From a virus (Duplodnaviria > Caudoviricetes), in the IMG/VR virus record IMGVR_UViG_3300033498_000048, positions 224,001 through 288,000 of that record: DNA of 64,000 nt; one strand, written 5' to 3'. Shown piece after piece: positions 29,967 to 39,092 of this stretch. Numbering within the stretch: the first letter of the stretch is position 1; every line of letters starts with the position of its first letter. Under the pieces are notes generated by a model. It was not told the DNA's origin, made no database searches, and worked only from the letters and a program-made list of their open reading frames with translations. Both the position numbers and the translations under genes were made by a program.

Positions 29967-30191
29967 TTAAAGTCTTCTAAAGTTGGAACATTTAACTGCG
30001 TGTGTTCCATCCAAGTAATGCTTTAGAACTGGCTTCATTTTTTTAAATTCTAAATGACTACAATTCACAATACTATCAATACAATTACAACACATTTCAC
30101 CATCTGGAAAATACTCAGGTAGTGTTCTATCAATGTAATTACCATCTCCAATTGTTTGATTACCCTCAAACACAAATTTAAGTTTTCTCAT
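29967..30191 (-). CDS. hypothetical Cys-rich protein
   Basis: 74 aa, first gene behind the promoter at 30221-30249. Confidence 0.55.
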   Translation of the reverse strand: MRKLKFVFEGNQTIGDGNYIDRTLPEYFPDGEMCCNCIDSIVNCSHLEFKKMKPVLKHYLDGTHAVKCSNFRRL

Positions 30192-30220
30192 AATGTAATT
30201 CCACGAATATCAATTTAGTA

Positions 30221-30249
30221 ATTATAAATGTACACACTAACAATGTCAA
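30221..30249 (-). promoter_or_regulatory. consensus sigma70 promoter overlapping the end of repeat array 1
   Basis: TTGACA-N17-TATAAT on the minus strand. Confidence 0.85.
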
Positions 30250-30828
30250 TCAATAAGTTAGCATTAAGTAATTAATAATAGCGTCCAAGTGCTATCTTAT
30301 TGATATTATTAGTGTATGACTACTCCAACTAAATCAACGACTTAGCACTTGCATAGAGTATTAGTTATATAACCGTTCTAAATGCTAACCTATTGATTTT
30401 GTTACATATCACCTAAAATATTAAGAATCAACAAGTTAGCACTTGTAGCCATTAGGTAATTAATAACACCATCCAAGTGCTAAGTCATTGATTTTGTATA
30501 ATTGACAAGAATGTATGGATTTAACCGTAAATCAACAAGATAGCACTTGCAGCTTGGTATTAATTATATAACTGTTGCAAGTGCTAACTTATTGATTTTG
30601 TTATTGGCTATTAAAACAATTAAGAATCAAGTGGTTAGCACCTATTGGTATCAAGTGGTTACTATTGTCAATAAATTGAGTAAAATGACCTAGTAATTAC
30701 AGTTACACTACAAACAATAGGTTAGCACTTGCAGTGTGTTATTAATTACTTAATGGCTACAAGTGCTAACTTATTGTTTTATATACAACACATAAACACA
30801 CCTAAATCAATGACTTAGCACTTGGACG
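30248..30828. repeat. palindromic-element array 1 (4 intact, 1 degenerate, 2 half units)
   Basis: Units AATCAAYRRSTTAGCACTT-N30-AAGTGCTAASYYRTTGATT at 30331, 30426, 30529 and 30712; spacing about 90-105 bp. Confidence 0.95.
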
Positions 30829-30889
30829 GATTAGCTGAAATTGGTAAACAACATAAATACCATTTTAGTTAAATTAGGGGATACAGATT

Positions 30890-31469
30890 ATGTTACTAAG
30901 TTTTAATGAATATTTGTTATCTGAGGCATACATTAACCTGATAGGTGATGACGCTAAAAAACAAAACTACGTTGATGCTGTTTGGAATATGTTACAAATA
31001 TCTTATGAGAGGATTGGTGGAATACATGATTATGGGTTTAAAGATAAACAGAATATGATTACCAATATAAATTTTTGGAAATAGCTACTAAAGATGGTAA
31101 ACCTGTAGCAGTTGCAATGTATAAAGATTCTGGAGGCAGAAAAAATTAGTTGCGTATGGAACTGATAAGTCCACAGTAGGAAAAGCAAAGATAGTTGATA
31201 TTATTAAGGCAGATATGACCAGAAGTTATATGGAACTATCTGGTGCAACTGTGACAATATTAATGAATAACATTGAGTGGAATCAATTGAAAGATTATAC
31301 ATTCACTCCAGAGCAAGCTGAAAAATTGCTAGGAAAGGATATTACACCAATAAGTCAACTACCATCAATTCCATAAGATGCGAAATTAACGTTGGCATTG
31401 TTTGAATATGGGTACATAAGAAAGATTGGTAGTGATTTACATTTTAAAGTTATGTTTGGTAAAATCTAG
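30890..31469 (+). pseudogene. frameshifted gene with capsid-targeting-like N-terminus
   Basis: MLLSFNEYLLSEAY...NFWK, shift at 31079-81, IATKDGKPVAVAMYKDSGGRK, shift at ~31140-45, LVAYGTD...TAA at 31374...YIRKIGSDLHFKVMFG stop at 31469. Confidence 0.75.
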
Positions 31470-31990
31470 CATCTGTCCGATGGTATATTCCAGTGTTTCA
31501 TAAAAGTCTTTAATGATATTTAATACGGGTGAAATGTTACTAAACCTATGGTTTCCACCATTAAATACAATTGTTCTAAATGAATTGCTATATCTGTTGT
31601 TTGTAGTAATTGAATTAATTAACTCATCACCTAGGTTTAGTAATAAAAGACCAATTCCAGTTGATTTAAATTGGTCTTTATAAAATTGTATCTGGTATGC
31701 ACAATTCAAACAAAGTAATATTAGGTTCAATTGCTGGATTTAACATAACAAATGGAATATCTAAAATATTACCTAATCTGTTTGCATAGAATCCCACCCA
31801 TTGAAGTTCCGACCAACAAGTCGGGCTTCATGTCTATTATTGCAGATTCAAGCATTGTTGTAATGTGTTCTATGGAATTAGAATAATCTATTGTAACTCC
31901 ACAAACATCTCCAATAGCCATTAAAGACTTCACTTTATCGCTACTTTGGTCATAAAACGAACCATAGCCATGAATGTACATTATTTTCAC
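31437..31990 (-). pseudogene. split YqiA/UPF0227-like alpha/beta esterase
   Basis: YIHGYGS, GTSMGG elbow, extra G near 31797 (restored reading FYANRLGNILDIPFVMLNPAI), second break, then LLLNLGDE...FNGGNHRF in ORF 31437-31730. Confidence 0.8.
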
Positions 31991-32042
31991 TTAAAACTCG
32001 ATGTTAGTTGACATTTTAACTACCTTTATAATTTAAGTCAAA

Positions 32043-32234
32043 CTAAAAGTTTTTGTCTTGAACTTTAATGTTACCACTTTTTAATATCTGTAAAGCCTTT
32101 GTAGCATCACTAGATGTTTTGAAATGGAACTTTAAATTATCACGTTCAAATTCAATATTATTTTTATATTTCAATTCCCGTTCGGCATCAATAATGTTCC
32201 CTGGATTAGACAAATACAACCAATATTCATACAT
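32043..32234 (-). CDS. hypothetical protein
   Basis: 63-aa ORF with GGAG RBS. Confidence 0.45.
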   Translation of the reverse strand: MYEYWLYLSNPGNIIDAERELKYKNNIEFERDNLKFHFKTSSDATKALQILKSGNIKVQDKNF

Positions 32235-32395
32235 TCATATTACTCCTTTAATTACTACGATTAATTTATCTGTGTATTTTGTTATTTCATTTTGTATTAA
32301 ATATTCCCGCTGTTCGATGTTGGTACATCTTTCACAAATACTTAACACTTTACGAGTTAATTCATTTTTTAATGATTGCAAATATTCAGTATCAT

Positions 32396-32770
32396 TCATA
32401 ACCTTTTACCTTTTAATGCTATATACCTTTCCATGGACTGTTCCATATTCCTAATATGATTGAAGTAATTTAATCTATCCAACCAAGATAGGCTATGTGA
32501 ACTACATAGGAATAGCTCATGGGTGTGTGGGTTATTTCCGCGATATAACACACCAGAAGCTTCTCTAATATAAACTAATTCCATATTAACCGAATTAATA
32601 TCAAACCGAATACAGGGTGAGAACTCACCATTACAAACTCGAATCAAATACAATATGCTTAATATTATATTAGTGTTTTCATCTGAACCAAATAATATTA
32701 TGTTTCTATCCATATATTCAGATATGACTATTTGCATTACAACACACCATCCAAGAAAACAAATTTCCAA
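32396..32770 (-). CDS. hypothetical protein
   Basis: 124-aa ORF. Confidence 0.5.
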   Translation of the reverse strand: MEICFLGWCVVMQIVISEYMDRNIILFGSDENTNIILSILYLIRVCNGEFSPCIRFDINSVNMELVYIREASGVLYRGNNPHTHELFLCSSHSLSWLDRLNYFNHIRNMEQSMERYIALKGKRL

Positions 32771-33195
32771 TTATATTTCTCTTTCTGATGCTTAATCATA
32801 CTATCAACAATTGTATGGCTAAACTTTACACTTCCAGTGTCAATGCCAGTTGTTAAAATTACTAGGATTACATTGTTTGGACGTGCTTGTTCTTGCATAG
32901 ATGCGAACTTTAATCCAAGCATACTAATTGTTTTACCTATAGCATCATATAAAGCTGAAACACCACTTGGGTTATACATCATATCATTCAATATCAGTAT
33001 TGGTGAATCCAATCTAAATACGACCTTTGAATTGAATGTCGCTAGAATATTTGGATGGTTGTTTTTAATGTATGCGTTATATGTGTCAATTACATTTTGT
33101 TTTATTCCAATCATATTATCAGACTCGTCTAATATGAATGTAGTGTATGTAGAATCTTTCATGTTTGTGTTCCTTAATAGTGAAGTCGAAGTCAA
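32737..33195 (-). CDS. degenerate vWA-domain protein
   Basis: TTFILDESDNM (MIDAS-like DxSxS altered), ILTTGIDTGS (TDG.EN.S altered), WKFVFL. Confidence 0.6.
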   Translation of the reverse strand: MTSTSLLRNTNMKDSTYTTFILDESDNMIGIKQNVIDTYNAYIKNNHPNILATFNSKVVFRLDSPILILNDMMYNPSGVSALYDAIGKTISMLGLKFASMQEQARPNNVILVILTTGIDTGSVKFSHTIVDSMIKHQKEKYNWKFVFLDGVL

Positions 33196-33203
33196 TATAA
33201 ATA
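33196..33203 (+). promoter_or_regulatory. T4-type late promoter
   Basis: TATAAATA 24 nt before the 33227 start. Confidence 0.7.
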
Positions 33204-33226
33204 ATTACATTTATAGGTATTAACTT

Positions 33227-33610
33227 ATGATGTTATTTGAACAATTTTTATATGAGAATGTTGGAAGTGTCAATCTGGCAACTGACCTTTTTTATATGGC
33301 TAGAAACTCTGCTACCATTGCACACAAGCAACACTTAAATTCCAAATCTAGGTCAGAACACGAAGCACTCCAAGAATATTATGATGGAATAATCACATTA
33401 ACTGATAGGCTTATGGAATGTTTCATTCAAAGATTTGGTAGAATGTGCGACTCTCCAGAAACGATTGACTTTTTGTCTGTTGAGGGGTTTGCTAAATGGT
33501 TGGAAACATATCGCTACGATATTACGGATGTTCCACATATCCAAACTATTATAGATGAAATGCTCATTTTATGTGATTCGGTATTATATAAGCTTAGATA
33601 CCTAAATTGA
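33227..33610 (+). CDS. ferritin/Dps-like four-helix protein (DUF5856-like) with capsid-targeting-like N-terminus
   Basis: MMLFEQFLYE; AHKQH...SEHEALQEYYD..TD.L.E, YKLRYL. Confidence 0.75.
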   Translation: MMLFEQFLYENVGSVNLATDLFYMARNSATIAHKQHLNSKSRSEHEALQEYYDGIITLTDRLMECFIQRFGRMCDSPETIDFLSVEGFAKWLETYRYDITDVPHIQTIIDEMLILCDSVLYKLRYLN

Positions 33611-33980
33611 GCCTATAAGCTAATTCATTATGCAATACCTTTTCAGTGTGCTGATTCAATGTTTGGGTTTCTAAAATCGCATTGATGTGTGATTCTTCTA
33701 AGTCCTTTAATATTACATATTTAAGGGGTGAGTTTCCAGTTTTACCATACGTTCCCCATACGAAATATTCACGGATTTTATCGTGTGAGTCTGAATTAAA
33801 TATATCAACGATTTTTGGCTTTTCATTGTTTACTGAACTTCTAATATAATCATTGCCACCGTCAATATAATACGACTCGCCATTTTTATCTACATGGGAT
33901 GCCACATCATGGCGATGGTGACTAATTAATCTAGTTCCATCTGGAGTAATCATTACAGTTAATAGTTTGTGTTTTTTCAT
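33594..33980 (-). CDS. conserved phage protein (TPDGT.L.S.HRHD family)
   Basis: ITPDGTRLISHHRHD, YIDGGNDY, WGTYGKTG. Confidence 0.7.
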   Translation of the reverse strand: MKKHKLLTVMITPDGTRLISHHRHDVASHVDKNGESYYIDGGNDYIRSSVNNEKPKIVDIFNSDSHDKIREYFVWGTYGKTGNSPLKYVILKDLEESHINAILETQTLNQHTEKVLHNELAYRLNLGI

Positions 33981-34033
33981 ATTCTTAATCCACTCGTATT
34001 TTTATAAATTATTGTATATGCTTAGATACCTAC

Positions 34034-34351
34034 TCAAGTTAGGTTTTTCTTTCTATATTGCAATTCATCAACGAATACCTTTTTAATATGTTGTGGTAAT
34101 GTTGTTTGTTTTTTTAAAACATCAATGATGTTTGATTCTTCCATATTCATTAATTGAGTGTATTTAGTTGGTACGATTCCATATCTTCCAATTTCACCAC
34201 AAGAACACCACTTAAACCACTCTCGAATTTTACCGTGCGAGTTGGTATCAAAAACATCAATTAATGTAGCTGGAAAATCATTATCGTCAATGTGCCTAAC
34301 CATTTCATGTCGATGTTGACTAATTAACCTAGTACCATCTGGAGTAATCAT
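34034..34351 (-). CDS. paralog of 33594-33980 with an internal deletion
   Basis: MITPDGTRLISQHRHE...SHGKIREWFKW; lacks the DGGNDY segment. Confidence 0.6.
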   Translation of the reverse strand: MITPDGTRLISQHRHEMVRHIDDNDFPATLIDVFDTNSHGKIREWFKWCSCGEIGRYGIVPTKYTQLMNMEESNIIDVLKKQTTLPQHIKKVFVDELQYRKKNLT

Positions 34352-34422
34352 TGTAAAAACCTTGTTCCCTTTAAGTAAGTGATTTGTATATATTACAACA
34401 TTTACAATGTTGTTGTCAATAG

Positions 34423-34839
34423 ATGTATAAATACTATTTTAAAACAAGGTATGGAACTGCGATGACAACAAAACAAAAACCTAAATTGACAATAGAAGAA
34501 GTTGCTAAATTAGCACGGAATATTAATCGTATGTATAGTGCTTCAATCAATGATGAAGTGCCAGAAATATGGGAACGTAGCACTGAGGCTGAAAAGGAAA
34601 GTATGATTCGGGGTGTAAAGTTTCATTTAGCCAATGATTTTACTCCAGAAGAATCACACATGATATGGGTTAAACAAAAAATTACAGATGGATGGTGTTA
34701 TGATATGAATTATGATGCTGTATTAAAATTGAGTCCACATTTAATTCCATACAACCAATTACCAATTGAGCAAAGAGTTAAAGACCACATATTCAGAGGA
34801 TTAGTAATTGGATTAAAACAATTTATTGACCTCGATTGA
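34423..34839 (+). CDS. RyR-domain protein
   Basis: SH..W...K..DGW.Y....D...K.SPHLIPYNQLP..Q..KD; TATAAATA at 34426-33 implies a start at 34462 (MTTKQK). Confidence 0.8.
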   Translation: MYKYYFKTRYGTAMTTKQKPKLTIEEVAKLARNINRMYSASINDEVPEIWERSTEAEKESMIRGVKFHLANDFTPEESHMIWVKQKITDGWCYDMNYDAVLKLSPHLIPYNQLPIEQRVKDHIFRGLVIGLKQFIDLD

Positions 34840-34852
34840 ATGGTAAAATATA

Positions 34853-35353
34853 ATGCTTGACACAATATCAGAAACTATAGGAACTGCGAGTGGAATAACA
34901 CAAGAAGATATTGAAAAACATAGTAAAGATATGTCTGTATTCCACAAGGAAGTAACATCACAATTAAGACAGGAACAATATGAAGAAGATTATGATTATG
35001 TTCGTGATAATTTAAAGACTGCAATTGGATATGGAATGGATATGATTCCAGCAATAATTAGTTTAGCTAAAGATTCGGAGAATGCTAGATGTTATGAAGT
35101 TGCTGCTGGATTGTTAAAATCTTTATCTGAAATCAATAAGGACTTATTAGCAGTATCTAAAGTTAATGCTCCAGCTAAACAAACAGCTATAGGGTCTGAA
35201 TTGGTAGGAATAGATAATTCCACAACACACAACCAAACTAACGTATTCGTGGGTACATCTGAGGACGTATTCGCAAAGATATTTCAACAAAGAAATTTTG
35301 AAAAGGTGATAGATAATAATGATAATGAGCAATGTCCAACATCAAGTATTTGA
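34853..35353 (+). CDS. gp16: terminase small subunit
   Basis: DYDYVRDNL, A.DSENARCYEVAAGLLKSL.E.NKDLL, TNVFVGTSED. Confidence 0.8.
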   Translation: MLDTISETIGTASGITQEDIEKHSKDMSVFHKEVTSQLRQEQYEEDYDYVRDNLKTAIGYGMDMIPAIISLAKDSENARCYEVAAGLLKSLSEINKDLLAVSKVNAPAKQTAIGSELVGIDNSTTHNQTNVFVGTSEDVFAKIFQQRNFEKVIDNNDNEQCPTSSI

Positions 35354-36209
35354 ACGAATTGAATTTAAGATTTGTATCTTAATTGTATTCGCAATATGTT
35401 CGATACTTGTTAGTTACAATGTGGTACTAGGTGAAATTGAAGTAATGAATACATTTGCTACTACACAATGGCAAAAAGATTTCTTTAAAGGTGTATTCAC
35501 TGCAATCGCTATAGTAACTCCAATAATAATTCCAGCAACAGTAATATTGAAAAAAGCTGGATTAAGTAGGTGGAAGTCAGTTGGAATTACATTATCAATA
35601 TTATTAACAATATATGAATTTGTAGCAATAGACCATATTGTACTTAGAGCTGGTATGGATAATAGTAACACAACTAAAGAAAAATCTTTGACCCAAGCCA
35701 CACTTAGCTCAAATTTAACACTATTGAAAACTACTGGACAATCAATACAAGTTAATGATAAACACACATCATTAGTATCATTACAGGATAATTTAACTAA
35801 AGAAAAAACGTCATTGAAATCTTGTGGAAGGTTTAACCAATCTTGTAAGAGAATCCACAAATCAAAAATAGTAGAACTAACGAGTCAAATAAGTGCTAGG
35901 CAAGATGAAAACAAGCATATTGATGAAACTTCAACATTACAATTACAGCTTTTAAATGCTAATAATCAACTATTGGAAATATCAAAGAAACAAGATGAAA
36001 AAGTCGTAGCTGCCTCTGGATTTAGAATGTTATATCCAAATGACCCAGATAAAGCATTATTTGTCCAACTTATTTTTTCACACTTCGTGGCACTATTGAT
36101 TACAATATTTAATACACTATCACTATTGGTTGTTGGAGGTGTCGCAGCATCATTAGGTGTTTTGAATCACAAAAAGACAGATAAAATCATAGTTACAGGT
36201 AGAACGTAA
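35319..36209 (+). CDS. multi-pass membrane coiled-coil protein
   Basis: Three N-terminal hydrophobic helices, a coiled coil and a C-terminal TM. Confidence 0.6.
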   Translation: MIMSNVQHQVFERIEFKICILIVFAICSILVSYNVVLGEIEVMNTFATTQWQKDFFKGVFTAIAIVTPIIIPATVILKKAGLSRWKSVGITLSILLTIYEFVAIDHIVLRAGMDNSNTTKEKSLTQATLSSNLTLLKTTGQSIQVNDKHTSLVSLQDNLTKEKTSLKSCGRFNQSCKRIHKSKIVELTSQISARQDENKHIDETSTLQLQLLNANNQLLEISKKQDEKVVAASGFRMLYPNDPDKALFVQLIFSHFVALLITIFNTLSLLVVGGVAASLGVLNHKKTDKIIVTGRT

Positions 36210-36239
36210 CCTAATAAAATGGTACTGGATGATATATCA

Positions 36240-36551
36240 TCAATACCATCCAGTAATTGTTTTAGAGGTGTATAATTTTACATCACAACCTTCTGGTAAT
36301 GACATACCTATAAATTGAGTCTTGTTGAATGTGAATAAGATGTTGTTGAGTGTGTTTCTAATAGTATTGTCCCTATAACACAAGTAACCTATAGGTTTAC
36401 CGTTAGATTCTTTGGAATATAAATATCCTTTCCTGATTGTGTATAAGACATTAATCAACTCTTTATCATTACTAGCATACACTCTACCATTATAAACATT
36501 ATAGAATTTATGATTTTTATCCAACATCTTATCAATTCGCATAGTCGCCAC
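36240..36551 (-). CDS. hypothetical protein
   Basis: 103-aa ORF. Confidence 0.5.
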   Translation of the reverse strand: MATMRIDKMLDKNHKFYNVYNGRVYASNDKELINVLYTIRKGYLYSKESNGKPIGYLCYRDNTIRNTLNNILFTFNKTQFIGMSLPEGCDVKLYTSKTITGWY

Positions 36552-36557
36552 CTAAAA

Positions 36558-36815
36558 TTATCTTCTTGATTTACTCAACCTAATCAATCGTTGTTGTAAT
36601 AATGTTCCGCGTTCAACTGGTTTTTTGGTTAGTAAACATACTGTTCCAACCTCATCAATTTTGTATATGGTATAGTCTGGAGTAAAATAATGTCTATTGT
36701 ACCCCTCCTTTGGAATTAAATCACCAACACAAACTGCTTTAAACTCAACGCCTTCACATTGTAAAATTCTCATTAGTGTTTCCAGTTGTTTTAAGATGTT
36801 GGGTATTATAAACAA
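36558..36815 (-). CDS. hypothetical protein
   Basis: 85-aa ORF. Confidence 0.45.
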   Translation of the reverse strand: MFIIPNILKQLETLMRILQCEGVEFKAVCVGDLIPKEGYNRHYFTPDYTIYKIDEVGTVCLLTKKPVERGTLLQQRLIRLSKSRR

Positions 36816-38062
36816 GTTTGTATAGTGTTGTCAATGGTTAATTCTGATAATAATTTTTCTTTCATAATGTGGAGTGTCAGTCTACGTCCACCGTCCCTAG
36901 TCTCAATGTAAAAACTAATCAGTGGCATATTATCAGAGGCATTTTTAAAAAATATTCTAGGGTTCTTTGACTTGATGTTATCATATTCAGCAATAATATT
37001 TAATTGATTCAATTTAATAAACAGATTCTTATATAGATATACACCAAAATTATTATCGTTAATGTGTACTTGGATTGTGTTTTTACAATTTCTAGTAGCA
37101 GCATTAATAATACCATTCGCTAATCCATAATGCCGTTCATAAGGGTTTAATGAATTAAATTTTGTCACTATTTCATTAAATAATTGAGCATACCATGTAA
37201 CTGTTTTTTCGTATTCGGTCATAATATCTTCTAAATAGATTCCAAATGAGTTCACTACTTTATGTGCAAAGATTTCGGACGTTCCAGCTTGTTCTAAGTT
37301 TTTGGTATTTCCGCATTTCAAACTAATATATAACTTTCTTGAATTGGACGACAATTCAATATCAGCTTTTATGTTTTTGTTTCCATTATAACCTATTGTT
37401 TTTATTTCAACATTGTTATCGTTATAAAATTGTGATATGTAACTTGTTTGTGCAAATTGGATTATAGCATTATATATTCCAGTAAGAATTACATGATTAC
37501 CAATATTCACTAAGTTACATATTGCGATTTTATTCAATTTAACTTCACTAGATAAATGGAACTCGTTATATTGTAGTGTACAATCATCAACTTGGTTATA
37601 TTCCAATATTAATTGTTTTATAGTTTCAATTGTCAAGTTATACTTTAATAACTTAGCTATCATTGCAATTGTTAATAGTCCCTCGGCAATTTCACCTTTA
37701 TTATATTGTCTTCCATTAATACTTGGTTTTCTAATACTTGATATTAAAACATATCCAATATCAACATCATAACAAATCGAAACATAACATCTCCCATTAA
37801 TTAATACAACATCACGACATATTATTTTAAATGTGTTTCCTTTTAATACATCTGTAATATGATTACCAAACTCATCAACCATTTTAGTGTCACATTCAAA
37901 CTCAAAAACCGTTTCGTTTATATTGCACAACTCAATGTAATAATCATATATGCTTACATTTGTGTCCCTATACTTTTTTGTGGCAGATAATCTAGCCATA
38001 TCAACTCCTTTTATTAATAACTTCACTGGACTTATAGTAGTATCTAATATAGATATTGTCAA
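36806..38062 (-). CDS. hypothetical protein, possible PD-(D/E)XK nuclease fold
   Basis: NKGEIAEG and KADIEL......YISLK motifs; likely start MARL at 37999 after AAGGAG. Confidence 0.5.
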   Translation of the reverse strand: MTISILDTTISPVKLLIKGVDMARLSATKKYRDTNVSIYDYYIELCNINETVFEFECDTKMVDEFGNHITDVLKGNTFKIICRDVVLINGRCYVSICYDVDIGYVLISSIRKPSINGRQYNKGEIAEGLLTIAMIAKLLKYNLTIETIKQLILEYNQVDDCTLQYNEFHLSSEVKLNKIAICNLVNIGNHVILTGIYNAIIQFAQTSYISQFYNDNNVEIKTIGYNGNKNIKADIELSSNSRKLYISLKCGNTKNLEQAGTSEIFAHKVVNSFGIYLEDIMTEYEKTVTWYAQLFNEIVTKFNSLNPYERHYGLANGIINAATRNCKNTIQVHINDNNFGVYLYKNLFIKLNQLNIIAEYDNIKSKNPRIFFKNASDNMPLISFYIETRDGGRRLTLHIMKEKLLSELTIDNTIQTCL

Positions 38063-38105
38063 TTAATAAATAGATATTAGCAATTAAATAATAAATTAGG
38101 AGATA

Positions 38106-38897
38106 ATGGTGAAACTACCAATAGTAGAACACAGATTACATAGTATAACAGTACCATCATCTAAACAGGAAGTTAAGTTTAGGGCGTTTAGAGTTAAAGA
38201 ACATAAGTTGTTACTAGAAGCATTAGAAATGCAAGATGGACAATCATTAATTAATACAATTGGAGTCATTGTAGAATCATGTACTGTTCCACAATTAAAT
38301 GTTAATACATTATCAATGTACGATATGGATTATATCTTTTTACACATTAGAGCTAAAAGTTTAGGTGAGATAGTTCCTGTAGAATATACTTGCATGGCTC
38401 AAACAAAGAAATTAGTGAAACAAGCTCCAGATTATACTGGAGAACCAATACATGAAACTGGAGCTTGCAATTCTAAAGTCATTGTAAATTTAGACTTAAA
38501 TGCTGTTGATGTTTATTATCCAATTGATTATGATAAAAAACGATTGATAATGATTAATGATACTATTGGAATTAAATTGAAATGTCCATCATTTTATCAA
38601 TTTAAAGAATTGGATAAGATTGACAATGTTAAATCATTATTTTCGGTAACTGAACGATTCATTTATGCTTGTGTTGATAGTATATTCGATGGAGATAACG
38701 TTTCTGTTCCAGATATTGATTTCAATTTCAATGATATGGTTGAGTTTTTAGAAAATCTACCAACCGATATTATAGATGAAATCAATTTGTTTTTTGATGA
38801 AATGCCATACACTGCATTAAAAATGAATATTGAATGTCCATATTGCAAAAACAAAGGAATGATAGAGGTTAAGGAACTTGAAGATTTTTTCGTTTAA
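38106..38897 (+). CDS. gp26: baseplate hub subunit
   Basis: VPSSKQEVKFRAFRVKEHKLLL, DMDYIFLHIRAKSLGE, CPYC. Confidence 0.9.
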   Translation: MVKLPIVEHRLHSITVPSSKQEVKFRAFRVKEHKLLLEALEMQDGQSLINTIGVIVESCTVPQLNVNTLSMYDMDYIFLHIRAKSLGEIVPVEYTCMAQTKKLVKQAPDYTGEPIHETGACNSKVIVNLDLNAVDVYYPIDYDKKRLIMINDTIGIKLKCPSFYQFKELDKIDNVKSLFSVTERFIYACVDSIFDGDNVSVPDIDFNFNDMVEFLENLPTDIIDEINLFFDEMPYTALKMNIECPYCKNKGMIEVKELEDFFV

Positions 38898-39082
38898 TGG
38901 TTTCGGATGGTGAATTAATTGATTTATACAAAACAAACTTTCTAATTACAAAAAATCATGGAATTTCATTAACAGAAATTGAAAATATGATTCCCTACGA
39001 AAGAGAGATTTATATTATGATAATTTTAGATTACTTAGAACGCGAAAAACGCGCCCGTCAAAAACACCACATCACTGACTGA
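38897..39082 (+). CDS. gp51: baseplate hub assembly catalyst
   Basis: YKTNF.....H.ISLTEIENMIPYEREIY. Confidence 0.9.
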   Translation: MVSDGELIDLYKTNFLITKNHGISLTEIENMIPYEREIYIMIILDYLEREKRARQKHHITD

Positions 39083-39092
39083 GTATAAATCA

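Noticed and set aside
30248-30828. Repeat arrays as a CRISPR array (constant 30-nt segments between repeats)
   Set aside because: The 30-nt segments are related to one another, all centred on TAATTA, and lie between inverted rather than direct repeats. The other intervals vary in length, and no cas genes are present in the window.
30890-31469. Stop-codon reassignment explaining the broken ORFs
   Set aside because: The breaks are mostly frameshifts. The in-frame stop is TAA, and long core genes read intact and end normally under the standard code (gp15 ends in TAG).
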